A stretch of 64,000 nt of DNA from the NCBI GenBank assembly GCA_963849325.1, contig CAWKHF010000009.1:352001-416000 (forward strand). Direction: 5' to 3'. The notes under the pieces are model-generated. The model saw nothing but the letters and a program-made list of their open reading frames with translations, searched no databases and had not been told where the DNA came from. Below, in pieces: positions 21,200-30,633 of this stretch (position 1 is its first letter; each line of letters opens with the position of its first letter). A program made the translations under genes and the position numbers. This DNA comes from an uncultured Planctomycetota bacterium (GTDB lineage: Bacteria > Planctomycetota > Planctomycetia > Gemmatales > Gemmataceae).

Positions 21200-22657
21200 T
21201 CAGCGTTTCGTGGCGAGTTCAAAGCGTCGGCGCGTCTGGGTTCCCTGCCCAGGCAGCGGCGGCACGTCCAGAATGGCGCGACCGTCCTTGACCTGGTAGA
21301 AGGCGTCGAAGCCTTTGCCGGTAGCGGGATCCAGCGGCAGCGGCACGAGGGTGAGGTCGCTCCACTTCGCCGGCGGCTGGCCCTCGTGCGCCGCCGCGTG
21401 CAGACGCAACGCCTCGGCACAGCGCAGGCTGGCGATGTTCATTTCGAGGCGGACCTTGGCGGCGTAGATTTTACTGAACGCCGGCATCAATGCGGAGAAG
21501 ATCGAAAGATTGCGCGAGACGGTTCGCATGTCCTTTTCCATCTGCGTCAGGGCCGGCAAGGCTTGCCATGACGGCAGCGCCAGCCACTTGAGGATGTCGT
21601 CGCGCATGCGGTCGTACTGGTCGAGAAAATAAATGAGGGCCACCTGCGCCATCGGCATGGCGTCCACCTCCTTGGCGGGATGCCCCTGGTCGAGCAGAGA
21701 CTTGCGTCCTTCGGGATAGACCTTCGCCGCCAGGACCGCGATGCCGAGTTTTTGCATGACGATCAGGTCTCCGCGCTCCTTGGTGGAACCGCTGAGATCA
21801 TTCAAGGCGTGGAACAGCTTTTCGAGAAGATGATCGACCTCGCGGACGGTCAGGGATGTTTGGTGCAGCTCGCGTAATTGTGGGAGGGAGCGATAGAGAG
21901 TGTTCAGCTCGCTCTCCATCGACTGGCGCACGTCGAGAAGGGGCTTGGGTAGAGCGGTGAGCGGCCAGTAGAGATTGGGCGAACCGGGGATTTGCAGCCA
22001 CTCCTCGACGCGGCCCAGCATGATCTGGGCGATAGCGATGGCGACAAGCTCCTGGATGAGCGTCTGACTGTTGCCGATGTGTCGCGCCAGCGCGAAGCCG
22101 GTTCGCAGCGTGTCGATGGCGTCGTCGAAGCGTCGCTCGGCCAGCTGATACCGGCATTGAACACTGAGCAAGAACGCAATGGTACGGAGCCCCTGAATGC
22201 TGCCCGGAATCAAGTCCTGCAGGTTCTGAAACGTCAGCTCCGGCTGTTGCCAGTCGCAGTATTCGCGGCGGGCTGCTTGTCGAGCCAGGCGGAGCGGGAC
22301 CGCATGGCGGGCCAGGAACGCTTGGACCGCCGGGCGCGGCAAGTTCTTGAGCGGCATCTCGCGACGATCCGACCATTTGTCCTCTTCCGGACTGATCTTC
22401 TGGTTTTTGCCGCGCTCGGCCAACATGGCCTCCTGCCATAACGGGGCGGCGTTGCCCGGCGTCCGTTCGAGAGGTTCGGGTAGCAGGCGATAGTGCAGAG
22501 CAGTCGCCGGCCTGGCCGTCGCCTGAACGGCCAGCCGGATCGGCGGCGGCAGAGAGGTTTCGGGTGCGGCCGGTTGTTTGTCGTCGCCTGCTCGGCTAAA
22601 GGGAACGAGCAGGATTATTACCACCATGAGAGATGTGAATACGAGATGACGTATCAT
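21200..22657 (-). CDS. Secreted alpha-helical planctomycete-type hypothetical protein
   Basis: Signal peptide from ATG 22657; GNAAPLW, AARREYCDW, PNLYWPL, PLDPATGKGF. Confidence 0.65.
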   Translation of the reverse strand: MIRHLVFTSLMVVIILLVPFSRAGDDKQPAAPETSLPPPIRLAVQATARPATALHYRLLPEPLERTPGNAAPLWQEAMLAERGKNQKISPEEDKWSDRREMPLKNLPRPAVQAFLARHAVPLRLARQAARREYCDWQQPELTFQNLQDLIPGSIQGLRTIAFLLSVQCRYQLAERRFDDAIDTLRTGFALARHIGNSQTLIQELVAIAIAQIMLGRVEEWLQIPGSPNLYWPLTALPKPLLDVRQSMESELNTLYRSLPQLRELHQTSLTVREVDHLLEKLFHALNDLSGSTKERGDLIVMQKLGIAVLAAKVYPEGRKSLLDQGHPAKEVDAMPMAQVALIYFLDQYDRMRDDILKWLALPSWQALPALTQMEKDMRTVSRNLSIFSALMPAFSKIYAAKVRLEMNIASLRCAEALRLHAAAHEGQPPAKWSDLTLVPLPLDPATGKGFDAFYQVKDGRAILDVPPLPGQGTQTRRRFELATKR

Positions 22658-22695
22658 GACAATGCTCCGGGGAAATAGATCGCGGAGGAGAGACA

Positions 22696-23157
22696 TCACA
22701 GGGATTGCAGCAATTGCTCGACGCTTTGAGGTTCCTCGGCGGAAGGAGCTGACGAGGGCATGGGCAAGCCATCCAGGCCCCAGCGTAACACTTGCTCCTG
22801 CATCTGGAGATAGGGCGATCGCGGACCCCAATCCCTCGGCTCCGCCGCGATGAGTTCTAACGGCGGCGAAGAGGCGCTTTCCTCCGTCCGCGGCGCGGAC
22901 GGCTCGGGTTGCGCTGCGGGGACGTAGACGACGCGCTCGACGACGGCCGGAGAGGGACGAATCAGCAACAAGATGCCGAAGGCAACGGCCAGCGCCGCCG
23001 TGCCGAGAGTGGCCAACGGCCAACCCCATCCGCGGGCCGACGCCCGACCGGCGCGGTACATCCAGACGGCGGGATCGATTGTCTCCGGCCGTGGCCGCAG
23101 GTCGCGCAGGGCCGACTCTAGCGCCGTCAACTCCAGGTCTTCGGGTCTTTCGGACAT
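22696..23157 (-). CDS. Single-TM protein, putative anti-sigma factor
   Basis: LESALRDLRP...MYRAG...TM; overlaps the 3' end of the ECF sigma gene. Confidence 0.55.
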   Translation of the reverse strand: MSERPEDLELTALESALRDLRPRPETIDPAVWMYRAGRASARGWGWPLATLGTAALAVAFGILLLIRPSPAVVERVVYVPAAQPEPSAPRTEESASSPPLELIAAEPRDWGPRSPYLQMQEQVLRWGLDGLPMPSSAPSAEEPQSVEQLLQSL

Positions 23158-23631
23158 GGTACGTGCAGCCTTTCCCGCAAGGCGTGCAAACCGGCCAGGT
23201 AACGCCGATGGGCGGTGCTCGACGAGACCCCGGTCAGCGCGCCGATTTGTTCAAAGGTCAAGCCACCCCACAGATGAGCGACCAGCGTCTCGCGCTGTTC
23301 GATGGGCAAACCTTGCAGCGCCGTCGTGGCGGCCTCGCCGTCGAGCCGCGCTGCGTCGGTGGGCAGGAACCAGCTCGACATCCGCCGGGCGGCGGTCGTT
23401 TCGTGACGGCGGCGCCGCCGCTCCGCCCGCGCCGCCGCGAGAGCGCCGTTGCGGACGACGCGATACAGCCAGGCCACGAGGTTGTCCGGGCGCGGCGCTG
23501 GGCCGCCAACTTGACGAACGCCTCCTGCACGACGTCTTCGGCGCGGCGCACCACTGCCGCGCATACAGCACCAGTGCCGCCGCGTACACGTCCAGCAGTT
23601 GGCCCAGTTGCTCCGGTCCCATCACTTCCAT
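23127..23631 (-). CDS. ECF sigma-70 factor; frameshifted
   Basis: LVLYARQW, AEDVVQEAFVKL, AWLYRVVRN, LPIEQRE...GLTFEQIG...SSTAHRRY across three frames. Confidence 0.85.
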
Positions 23632-23773
23632 GATGCCGGCCGATGACGATTATCCCAGAAAAAAACGCCCGAACGAGGAGCCGAGAAGCGGAGAAGCGGT
23701 AAGGGCAAGGATTCTCGGGTCGTCGCCCCAGTCCGAACTGTTATAATAATAATTCCCCGCTTGGAGGTGGCGT

Positions 23774-25962
23774 ATGCAACGGCTTGCCGTGCCTGCCGCG
23801 ACGGCCCTGGATGACCCGTCTCTGTATTTCAACCGCGAATTGAGCTGGCTGGAATTCAACCGCCGCGTTCTGGAAGAGGCGCAAGACCTCGGCGTGCCGC
23901 TGCTGGAGCGCCTCAAGTTCCTGGCCATCTTCGAGTCGAACCTCGACGAGTTCTTCATGGTCCGCGTCGGCGGACTGCAGCAGAAGGTGCAGTCCGGCAT
24001 CGCCTACGGCTCCGGCGCCGACCGCATGCCGGTCAAGGAGCAGTTCGAGCGCATCGGCCTGACCGTGCGCGCCAGTGGCCGAGCAGACCTACCGCTGCCT
24101 CATGGATGAGGTGCTGCCGGGCCTGGAGCGCGAGGGCATCACGGTGCGCGGCCCACGCGATCTGAGCGAAGCCGACCGCAAGCACCTGGCCGAGGTCTTC
24201 CGCCGCGAGGTCTTCCCCGTCCTGACGCCGCTGGCCATCGACCCGGGCCATCCGTTCCCGCACCTGCTCAACAAGTCGCTCAACCTGGCCGTCATTTTGC
24301 AGCGGCCCGGACAGGCCGAGCAGCTGTTCGCCGTCGTGCAGGTGCCCAGTGTCCTGCCGCGTTTCGTGCCGCTGCCGGCCGAGGCTGGCCCGACGCCCCG
24401 GCACGTGTTCGCGCCGCTGGAGACGGTCATCCGCATGCACCTGTCGGAGCTGTTCCCCGGCATGCAAATCGAGCACGCCACCGTCTTTCGCGTCACGCGC
24501 AACAGCGACTTCGAGATCGACGACGACGAAGTCGAGGACTTGCTCAAGACCATCGAGGAAGAGGTGCGCAAGCGACGGCGTGGGGCGGCGGTGCGGCTGC
24601 AGATCGAGGCCGACGCGCCGGCCGAAGTCGAGCAGTTCCTTATGACCGCGCTGGACCTCGACCCGACCGACGTTTACCGTCACCCCGGCCTGCTCGACCT
24701 GACCGGCCTGTTTCAGATCCACGGTCTGCCGGGCTATCCGCACCTGCGCGATCCGCAGTTCGTGCCGCAGCTGGTACCGGAGTTCGCGCAGGCAGCCAAC
24801 TTGTGGACGGCCATCCGCGGCCGCGACATCCTCGTCCATCACCCTTACGAGTCGTTCAGCGCACGTCGTCGATTTCATCGATGCCGCCGCCAACGACGAG
24901 CGCGTGCTGGCCATCAAGCTGACGCTGTACCGCACCAGCAGCGATTCGCCCGTCGTCCGCGCCTTGCAGCGCGCCGCCGACAACGGCAAGCAGGTGACGG
25001 CCGTCATCGAGCTGAAGGCCCGCCTCGACGAGGAGCGCAACATCGTCTGGGCGCGCGAGCTGGAGAAGGCCGGCGTCCACGTCGTCTTCGGCTTCGTCGG
25101 CCTGAAGACGCACTGCAAGGTCGCTCTGGTGGTGCGCCGCGAGGACGACGGCATTCGCCGTTACGTCCACCTGGCCACCGGCAACTACAACCCGCAGACC
25201 GCCCGCATCTACACCGACCTCGGCTACTTCACCTGCAACCGCGACTTCTGCGAGGACGTGTCGGCGCTGTTCAACTACCTGACCGGCTACTGCGAGCTGC
25301 CGCAGTGGCGCAAGCTGGTGGTGGCGCCGAGCCGGATGCAGGCGTTCATGATCGAGAAGATCGGCCGCGAGACGACTTTGCAGCAGAACGGCAAGGAAGG
25401 CCGCATCATCGCCAAGATCAACGGCCTCCTGGAGCCGGCCATCGTGCAGGCGCTGTACCGGGCCAGCCAGGCCGGCGTGCAGATCGACCTGATTTGCCGC
25501 GGCATCTGCTCGCTGCGGCCGGGCGTGCCCGGCGTCAGCGACAACATCCGCGTCATCTCCATCGTCGATCGCTTCCTGGAGCACAGCCGCATTTTCTACT
25601 TCGGCAACGACGGCGACCCGCAGGTGTACATCGGCTCGGCCGACTGGATGGACCGCAACCTGAGCCGCCGCGTCGAGGTGGTGTTCCCGATCGAGCCGCC
25701 CGAGCTGAAACAGCGGCTGATCCGCGAGATCCTGGCGACGTCGCTGGCCGACAACGCCAAGGCGCGCGTGCTGCTGCCGGACGGCAGTTACGAGCGCATC
25801 CGGCCATCGGACGGTCAGATGCGCGTCCGCAGCCAGGAGCGCTTCCTGGAGATGGCGGCCCAGAATGCCGCTCGGCCGCTCGCCGACAATCCGCCGCCGC
25901 CCATCCCGTTTGTGGAACCGCAGCCCGTTACCCGGCGGCACCGCAAACGACAAACGAGTTAG
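23774..25962 (+). CDS. ppk1: Polyphosphate kinase 1 (frameshifts near 24070 and 24860)
   Basis: [74 protein letters not shown]. Confidence 0.95.
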
Positions 25963-25965
25963 AAT

Positions 25966-26090
25966 AAATCCGAAATCCGAAATCCGAAAGAAATCCCAAA
26001 GAAGAAAATCGAAATCCGAAACAAACGTGTGAGGTTTTGAGTTTCGGTATTTGGGTTTGAGATTTCTTTCGGATTTCGGATTTCGGATTT
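25966..26090. repeat. Inverted heptamer array (AAATCCG)n / (CGGATTT)n
   Basis: AT-rich array filling the gap between convergent ppk1 and the small lipoprotein gene. Confidence 0.9.
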
Positions 26091-26091
26091 T

Positions 26092-26244
26092 CTAAGGCAT
26101 CGCTGGCTTGGCGCAGGGCGAGGGCGTGCCGTGCTCAATCGGGTAGACCTGGCAGTCGCAAACGCCGTGGCAGCGGTGGTGCGAGCAGCCGGCGAGCAGA
26201 CCGAGCAAGCCGAGGCCGATGGACAGCAACAATCCGCGATACAT
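26092..26244 (-). CDS. Small (50 aa) Cys/His-rich lipoprotein
   Basis: MYRGLLLSIGLGLLGLLAGC-SHHRCHGVCDCQ...; lipobox LAGC; purine-rich RBS upstream. Confidence 0.7.
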   Translation of the reverse strand: MYRGLLLSIGLGLLGLLAGCSHHRCHGVCDCQVYPIEHGTPSPCAKPAMP

Positions 26245-26456
26245 AGCTTCCCTACCTTTCCTGTGTACACCCGACATCCTTGGCGGCCAATCCCTGGCCG
26301 TGCGGACGGTGCCAACCGCGAACGCGGATTGCATCGACGGCGCAAGGGACCGGCCTTGATGGAATCCGCCCCGACCTGCTAAACCGTCGAGTATGCACAA
26401 GCCGATCAATCGGCACAAAGGCCGGGGACCGAATCGAGAGAGGAGATGCGAGGCGT

Positions 26457-27140
26457 ATGGATGCGATCATTCTGGCGGCCGGCCTGGGCACTCGTCTGCG
26501 GCCGCACACGCTGACGACCCCCAAACCGCTCCTGCCCGTTCAGGGACGGCCCATCCTCGACTGGACGCTCGGCGCCCTGCCGAAGGTCGTCGATCGGGTG
26601 CTGGTCGTCACGCACTACCTGGCCGAGCAGATCGAGGCGTACCTGCGCCGGCAGGACCACTTCGCCGAGTGGAAGACGGTGCATCAGGGGACGCCGCGCG
26701 GCACCGGCGATGCTTTGCTGGCGTGCCGCGAACACCTGCGCTCCGAGCACTTCCTGGCCCTCAATGGCGACGACCTCTTCGGCGCCGCCGACCTGGCGAA
26801 GTTGGCCGGCCATCCGGCCGGCGTTCTCTGTCATCCGGTGGACGAACCGCGCCGCTTCGGCATCGCTTTCCGCAAACCGGACGGCACGCTCGATCGCCTC
26901 ATCGAAAAGCCCGACCTCGATGGCCGACATCTGGCCAACACCGGCGCCTATGTTTTCCCCCGCGGCGTCTTCGACATCCCCCTGACCCTGTCGTCGCGCG
27001 GCGAGTACGAGGTGACGCAATACGTCAGCGCGTTGGCCAAACGCCAGACCGTGCAAGTCGTCGAGGCGAGCTTCTGGCTACCGATCGGCACCGAAGAAGT
27101 GTGGCAGACGGCGCAGACGATGGATCTACCATTCGTTTAG
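26457..27140 (+). CDS. Sugar-phosphate nucleotidyltransferase family protein
   Basis: MDAIILAAGLGTRLRPHT...PKPLL, GTGDAL, NGDD, EKP, RGEYE. Confidence 0.9.
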   Translation: MDAIILAAGLGTRLRPHTLTTPKPLLPVQGRPILDWTLGALPKVVDRVLVVTHYLAEQIEAYLRRQDHFAEWKTVHQGTPRGTGDALLACREHLRSEHFLALNGDDLFGAADLAKLAGHPAGVLCHPVDEPRRFGIAFRKPDGTLDRLIEKPDLDGRHLANTGAYVFPRGVFDIPLTLSSRGEYEVTQYVSALAKRQTVQVVEASFWLPIGTEEVWQTAQTMDLPFV

Positions 27141-27198
27141 CCGCGACGCGCAGCGGAGCGCGGGACTCTCTGCGCTCCGCTGCGCGTCGCGGCTAAAC
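27135..27198. repeat. REP-like palindrome, family A, containing both stop codons of the convergent genes
   Basis: TAG at 27138-27140 (+) and 27193-27195 (-) lie in the GTTTAG/CTAAAC ends. Confidence 0.95.
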
Positions 27199-27837
27199 CA
27201 GGAACGGATTCGTTCGCATCTCGTGCCCAACCGTGGTGACGGGACCGTGGCCGGGGTAAACAACGGTGTCGGCGGGGAGCGTGAAGAGTTTGCGGCGGAT
27301 GCCGTCGAGCAGCAGAGGACCATTACCGCCGGGGAAGTCGTAGCGGCCGATGCCGCCGCGGAACAGCACGTCGCCGCCGAACACTTGGACGGGCGCGCCT
27401 GCGTGGACGAAGACGACGTGTCCGGGCGAGTGGCCGGGGATGTCGTGTACGGCGAAGACGAGACCGGCCGCCTCCACCGTGTCGCCTTCCGTCACGGTGC
27501 GATCCGCCGGCGGACTGAGGACGGCGAAGCCGAACGACGCGCTCAGGTTGGCCTCGGCGTCCGTGAGCATCCGCGCATCGCCGGCGCCGATGATCAGCGG
27601 AGCGTCCGGGGCCATCTGCTTCAGCGCCGCGTTGCCGCCGATGTGGTCGGCATGTCCATGCGTGTTGAGAATGGCCCGCACAGTCAACCCCTCTTCGCGC
27701 AGGCAATCCGTAATCAGCTCCGGCTCCAGCCCCGGATCAATGACCACGCATTCCGTCGAGCCGGGTTGCCATACCACGTAGGTGTTCTCCTCGAAGGGCA
27801 TCGAAACCAGCGTGCGGATGTGCGGCGCCGCCATCAT
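27193..27837 (-). CDS. MBL-fold metallo-hydrolase (glyoxalase II / YcbL-like)
   Basis: THGHADHIGG, PGHSPG, GDVLF, YPGHG. Confidence 0.92.
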   Translation of the reverse strand: MMAAPHIRTLVSMPFEENTYVVWQPGSTECVVIDPGLEPELITDCLREEGLTVRAILNTHGHADHIGGNAALKQMAPDAPLIIGAGDARMLTDAEANLSASFGFAVLSPPADRTVTEGDTVEAAGLVFAVHDIPGHSPGHVVFVHAGAPVQVFGGDVLFRGGIGRYDFPGGNGPLLLDGIRRKLFTLPADTVVYPGHGPVTTVGHEMRTNPFLV

Positions 27838-28132
27838 GGTGAAACTCTCTCGATAACAAGGATCGTCCTCGGGAGTGCGACGGCGAGACGGCGGCGGATT
27901 GTGCCGCCCCGGACCTCGCTATTTCCCCTACCTTCACTCCCTTTTTTTCTCCGTCTTGCAAGCGACGTGTAAATTATACACAGACGGCTCTGGCGGCGGC
28001 AGGCAACCCTAGTCACGGGGTTTGATGCAAGTTCTTGCCGGCCAAACCCTTTGTTCCTCCGTGCGAAAAAGCCAGCGGCTGCTCGGAAGAACGGCACCAA
28101 AGCTGCTTTCGGAAGTGGCCCGTTGGAATTGA

Positions 28133-28174
28133 GGATTGAAAGATTGATGATTTGAAATCATCAATCCCCAATCC
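28133..28174. repeat. Degenerate inverted heptamer hairpin (GATTGAN)
   Basis: ggattgaaagattgatgattt-g-aaatcatcaatccccaatcc. Confidence 0.6.
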
Positions 28175-28194
28175 GAAGTGGAGGAGCGGCAGCC

Positions 28195-29073
28195 ATGTCC
28201 ATGATCCGGCGAGAGGGAGCCATTCATTCGCACATCCGGGCGCAGGTTCGGAACCAACGGCCGCCGCGCTGGTGGTACTACAGCGGCGTCGCCGTGCTCG
28301 GCCTGGCCCTGCTCGGCGGCGGCCAGGCGCCGAGTTCGGCGCCGCCGCCCGCCGCGCCGGCGGCCCCGCGGCCCATGACGGAACCGGCCCCGGCCAGCGC
28401 TCCCGCCTCGCCGATGGACGAACCGCTGCGACTCATCCACGAGGCCCGTCGCGCCTACCAGGACGTCCGCGATTACACCTGTCTGCTCATCAAGCGCGAG
28501 CGCATCGGCGGCGTGCTGCCGCCGGAGAGCGTCATCGAAATGAAGGTGCGGACCCAGCCGTTTAGCGTGTATCTGCACTGGCTGCAACCGCGCGCCGAGG
28601 CCGGGCAGGAAGTCTGTTATGTCGCCGGCCGCAACGACGGTCGGATGCGCGTCCGCCTCAAGGGCATGCTCGGGGCGGTCGGTTTCGTCTCGCTCGATCC
28701 CAACGACCCCCGCGCCCGGCAGACCAGCAAGCGCAGCATCACGGAGGCCGGTATCGGCAACATGATCGAACGATTCACGCGCGCCTGGGAGGACGAACGC
28801 CGTCTCGGTCTCACCAAGCCGATCAACGTCGCCGAGTACGAATACAACCGCCGCCGCTGCACGCGCGTCGAAACCGTTCATCCCAGCCCCGATGGCCATT
28901 TCCTCTATTACCGCGACGTGGTTTACTTCGACAAGGAGACGCACCTGCCCATCCGCCTGGAGTTCTACGATTGGCCGCGTCAGCCGGGCGACCCCGGCCA
29001 ACTGGTGGAAGTGTACAGCTTCGCCAACATGCGCCTCAACGTCGGGCTGGCGGAGGACGTGTTCAATCATTGA
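28195..29073 (+). CDS. DUF1571 domain protein
   Basis: DYTCLLIKRERIGG, KVRTQPFSVYL, GQEVCYVAGRNDG, ITEAGIG, LPIR, EVYSF...LNVGL...F. Confidence 0.85.
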   Translation: MSMIRREGAIHSHIRAQVRNQRPPRWWYYSGVAVLGLALLGGGQAPSSAPPPAAPAAPRPMTEPAPASAPASPMDEPLRLIHEARRAYQDVRDYTCLLIKRERIGGVLPPESVIEMKVRTQPFSVYLHWLQPRAEAGQEVCYVAGRNDGRMRVRLKGMLGAVGFVSLDPNDPRARQTSKRSITEAGIGNMIERFTRAWEDERRLGLTKPINVAEYEYNRRRCTRVETVHPSPDGHFLYYRDVVYFDKETHLPIRLEFYDWPRQPGDPGQLVEVYSFANMRLNVGLAEDVFNH

Positions 29074-29082
29074 AAGGATAGG

Positions 29083-29143
29083 GACAAGCCCAGAGCGTCC
29101 GCGACGGGTTCTTTTGACCCGTCGCGGACGCTCCGGGCTTGTC
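29083..29143. repeat. REP-like palindrome, family C (AGCCCGGAGCGNNNGCGACG)
   Basis: 27-bp arms with one mismatch; related arms at 44074-44127, 50926-50949 and 61051-61073. Confidence 0.85.
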
Positions 29144-29277
29144 GTTTCGTTCGGATGGGAACGCAAAATGCCCTTTCCCGAGCGTTGGGCCGATGTGGTA
29201 GCATAGCAAGGACTCGCAGCCGCCGCGGCTGCTCGCTACTTCCGTGATTGACCCTGACCTATCGAGCGAGGCGGTCC

Positions 29278-30571
29278 ATGCACGACGTTCTCAGCCTGAT
29301 CCTCGGCGGCGGCCGCGGCACTCGGCTCTATCCGCTCACCAAGCTGCGCAGCAAGCCGGCCGTGCCCGTCGCCGGCAAGTATCGCCTCATCGACATCCCC
29401 ATCAGCAACTGCATCAACAGCGGACTGCAACCGCATCTACGTCCTGACGCAGTTCCTCAGCGTCAGCCTGCACCGCCACATCGCCAACACCTACAAGTTC
29501 GATCCCTTCAGCCAGGCGTTCGTCGAAGTGCTGGCCGCCCAGCAGACCAACGAGGCCGCCGACTGGTACCAGGGCACCGCCGACGCCGTGCGCCAGCAGA
29601 TCCGCTACGTCGTCGAGGACCCCTGCAAGGAAGTGCTCATCCTGTCGGGCGATCAGCTCTACCGCATGGACTTTCGGCAACTTGCTGCAGACGCACCGCG
29701 ACACGAAGGCCGACGCCACCCTCGCCGTGCTGCCGGTGCCGCGCAGCCAGGTCGACGGGCTTCGGCATCGTCCGCCTCGACGACAGCGGCCGGGTCATCG
29801 GCTTCGTCGAGAAGCCGCAAGACGGAGGAGCAGCTCGAGCCGGTGCGCATGTCCGACGAGTGGTTGGCTCGGCACGGCGTCCAGGGCACGGGCCGGCCGT
29901 ACCTGGCCAGCATGGGCATCTACGTCTTCAACCGCAAGGCGCTGCTCGACCTGCTCACCGCCAAGCCGCTGGCCACCGACTTCGGCAAGGAAGTGTTTCC
30001 GCGCAGCATCCGCTCGCACCACGTCCAGGCCCACCTCTTCGACGGCTACTGGGAGGACCTGGGCACCGTGAAGGCGTACCACGAGGCCAACCTGGCCCTG
30101 GCCGGCGACAACCCGCCCTTCGACTTCCACAGTCCCGAGGGCGTCATCTACACGCGCATGCGCTTCCTGCCCGCCTCGCGCATCAGCGCGGCGTCGGTCA
30201 AGCAGTGCCTCATCAGCGACGGCTGCGTCGTGCAGGAGGGGGCCAACCTGGAGCGCTGCGTCGTCGGCGTGCGCAGCCGCATCGGCCGCAACGTCGTCCT
30301 GCGCGACACGGTGCTGATCGGCGCCGACCGCTTCGAGACGGACCTGCGAGCGCACGGCCAACCGTCAGCGCGGCGTGCCGGACATCGGCATCGGCGACGA
30401 CAGCGTCATCGAGAAGGCGATCATCGACAAGGATTGCCGCATCGGCCGCAATGTGCAGCATCACCAATCAACGCGGCCTGGAAGACGCCGAAGACAGAGA
30501 ATTACGTCATCCGCGAGGGCATCATCACCATCCCGCGCGGCACGGTCATGCCGGATGGGACGGTGATTTGA
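29278..30571 (+). CDS. glgC: Glucose-1-phosphate adenylyltransferase; several frameshifts
   Basis: [14 protein letters not shown]...SKPAVP...[51 protein letters not shown]. Confidence 0.93.
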
Positions 30572-30574
30572 AAA

Positions 30575-30633
30575 GGGAATAGGGAATAGGGAATAGATTT
30601 TTCATTTCTATTCCCTATTCCCTATTCCCTATT
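30575..30633. repeat. Inverted heptamer array (GGGAATA)3 / (TATTCCC)3
   Basis: Fills the gap between convergent glgC and secDF. Confidence 0.92.
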
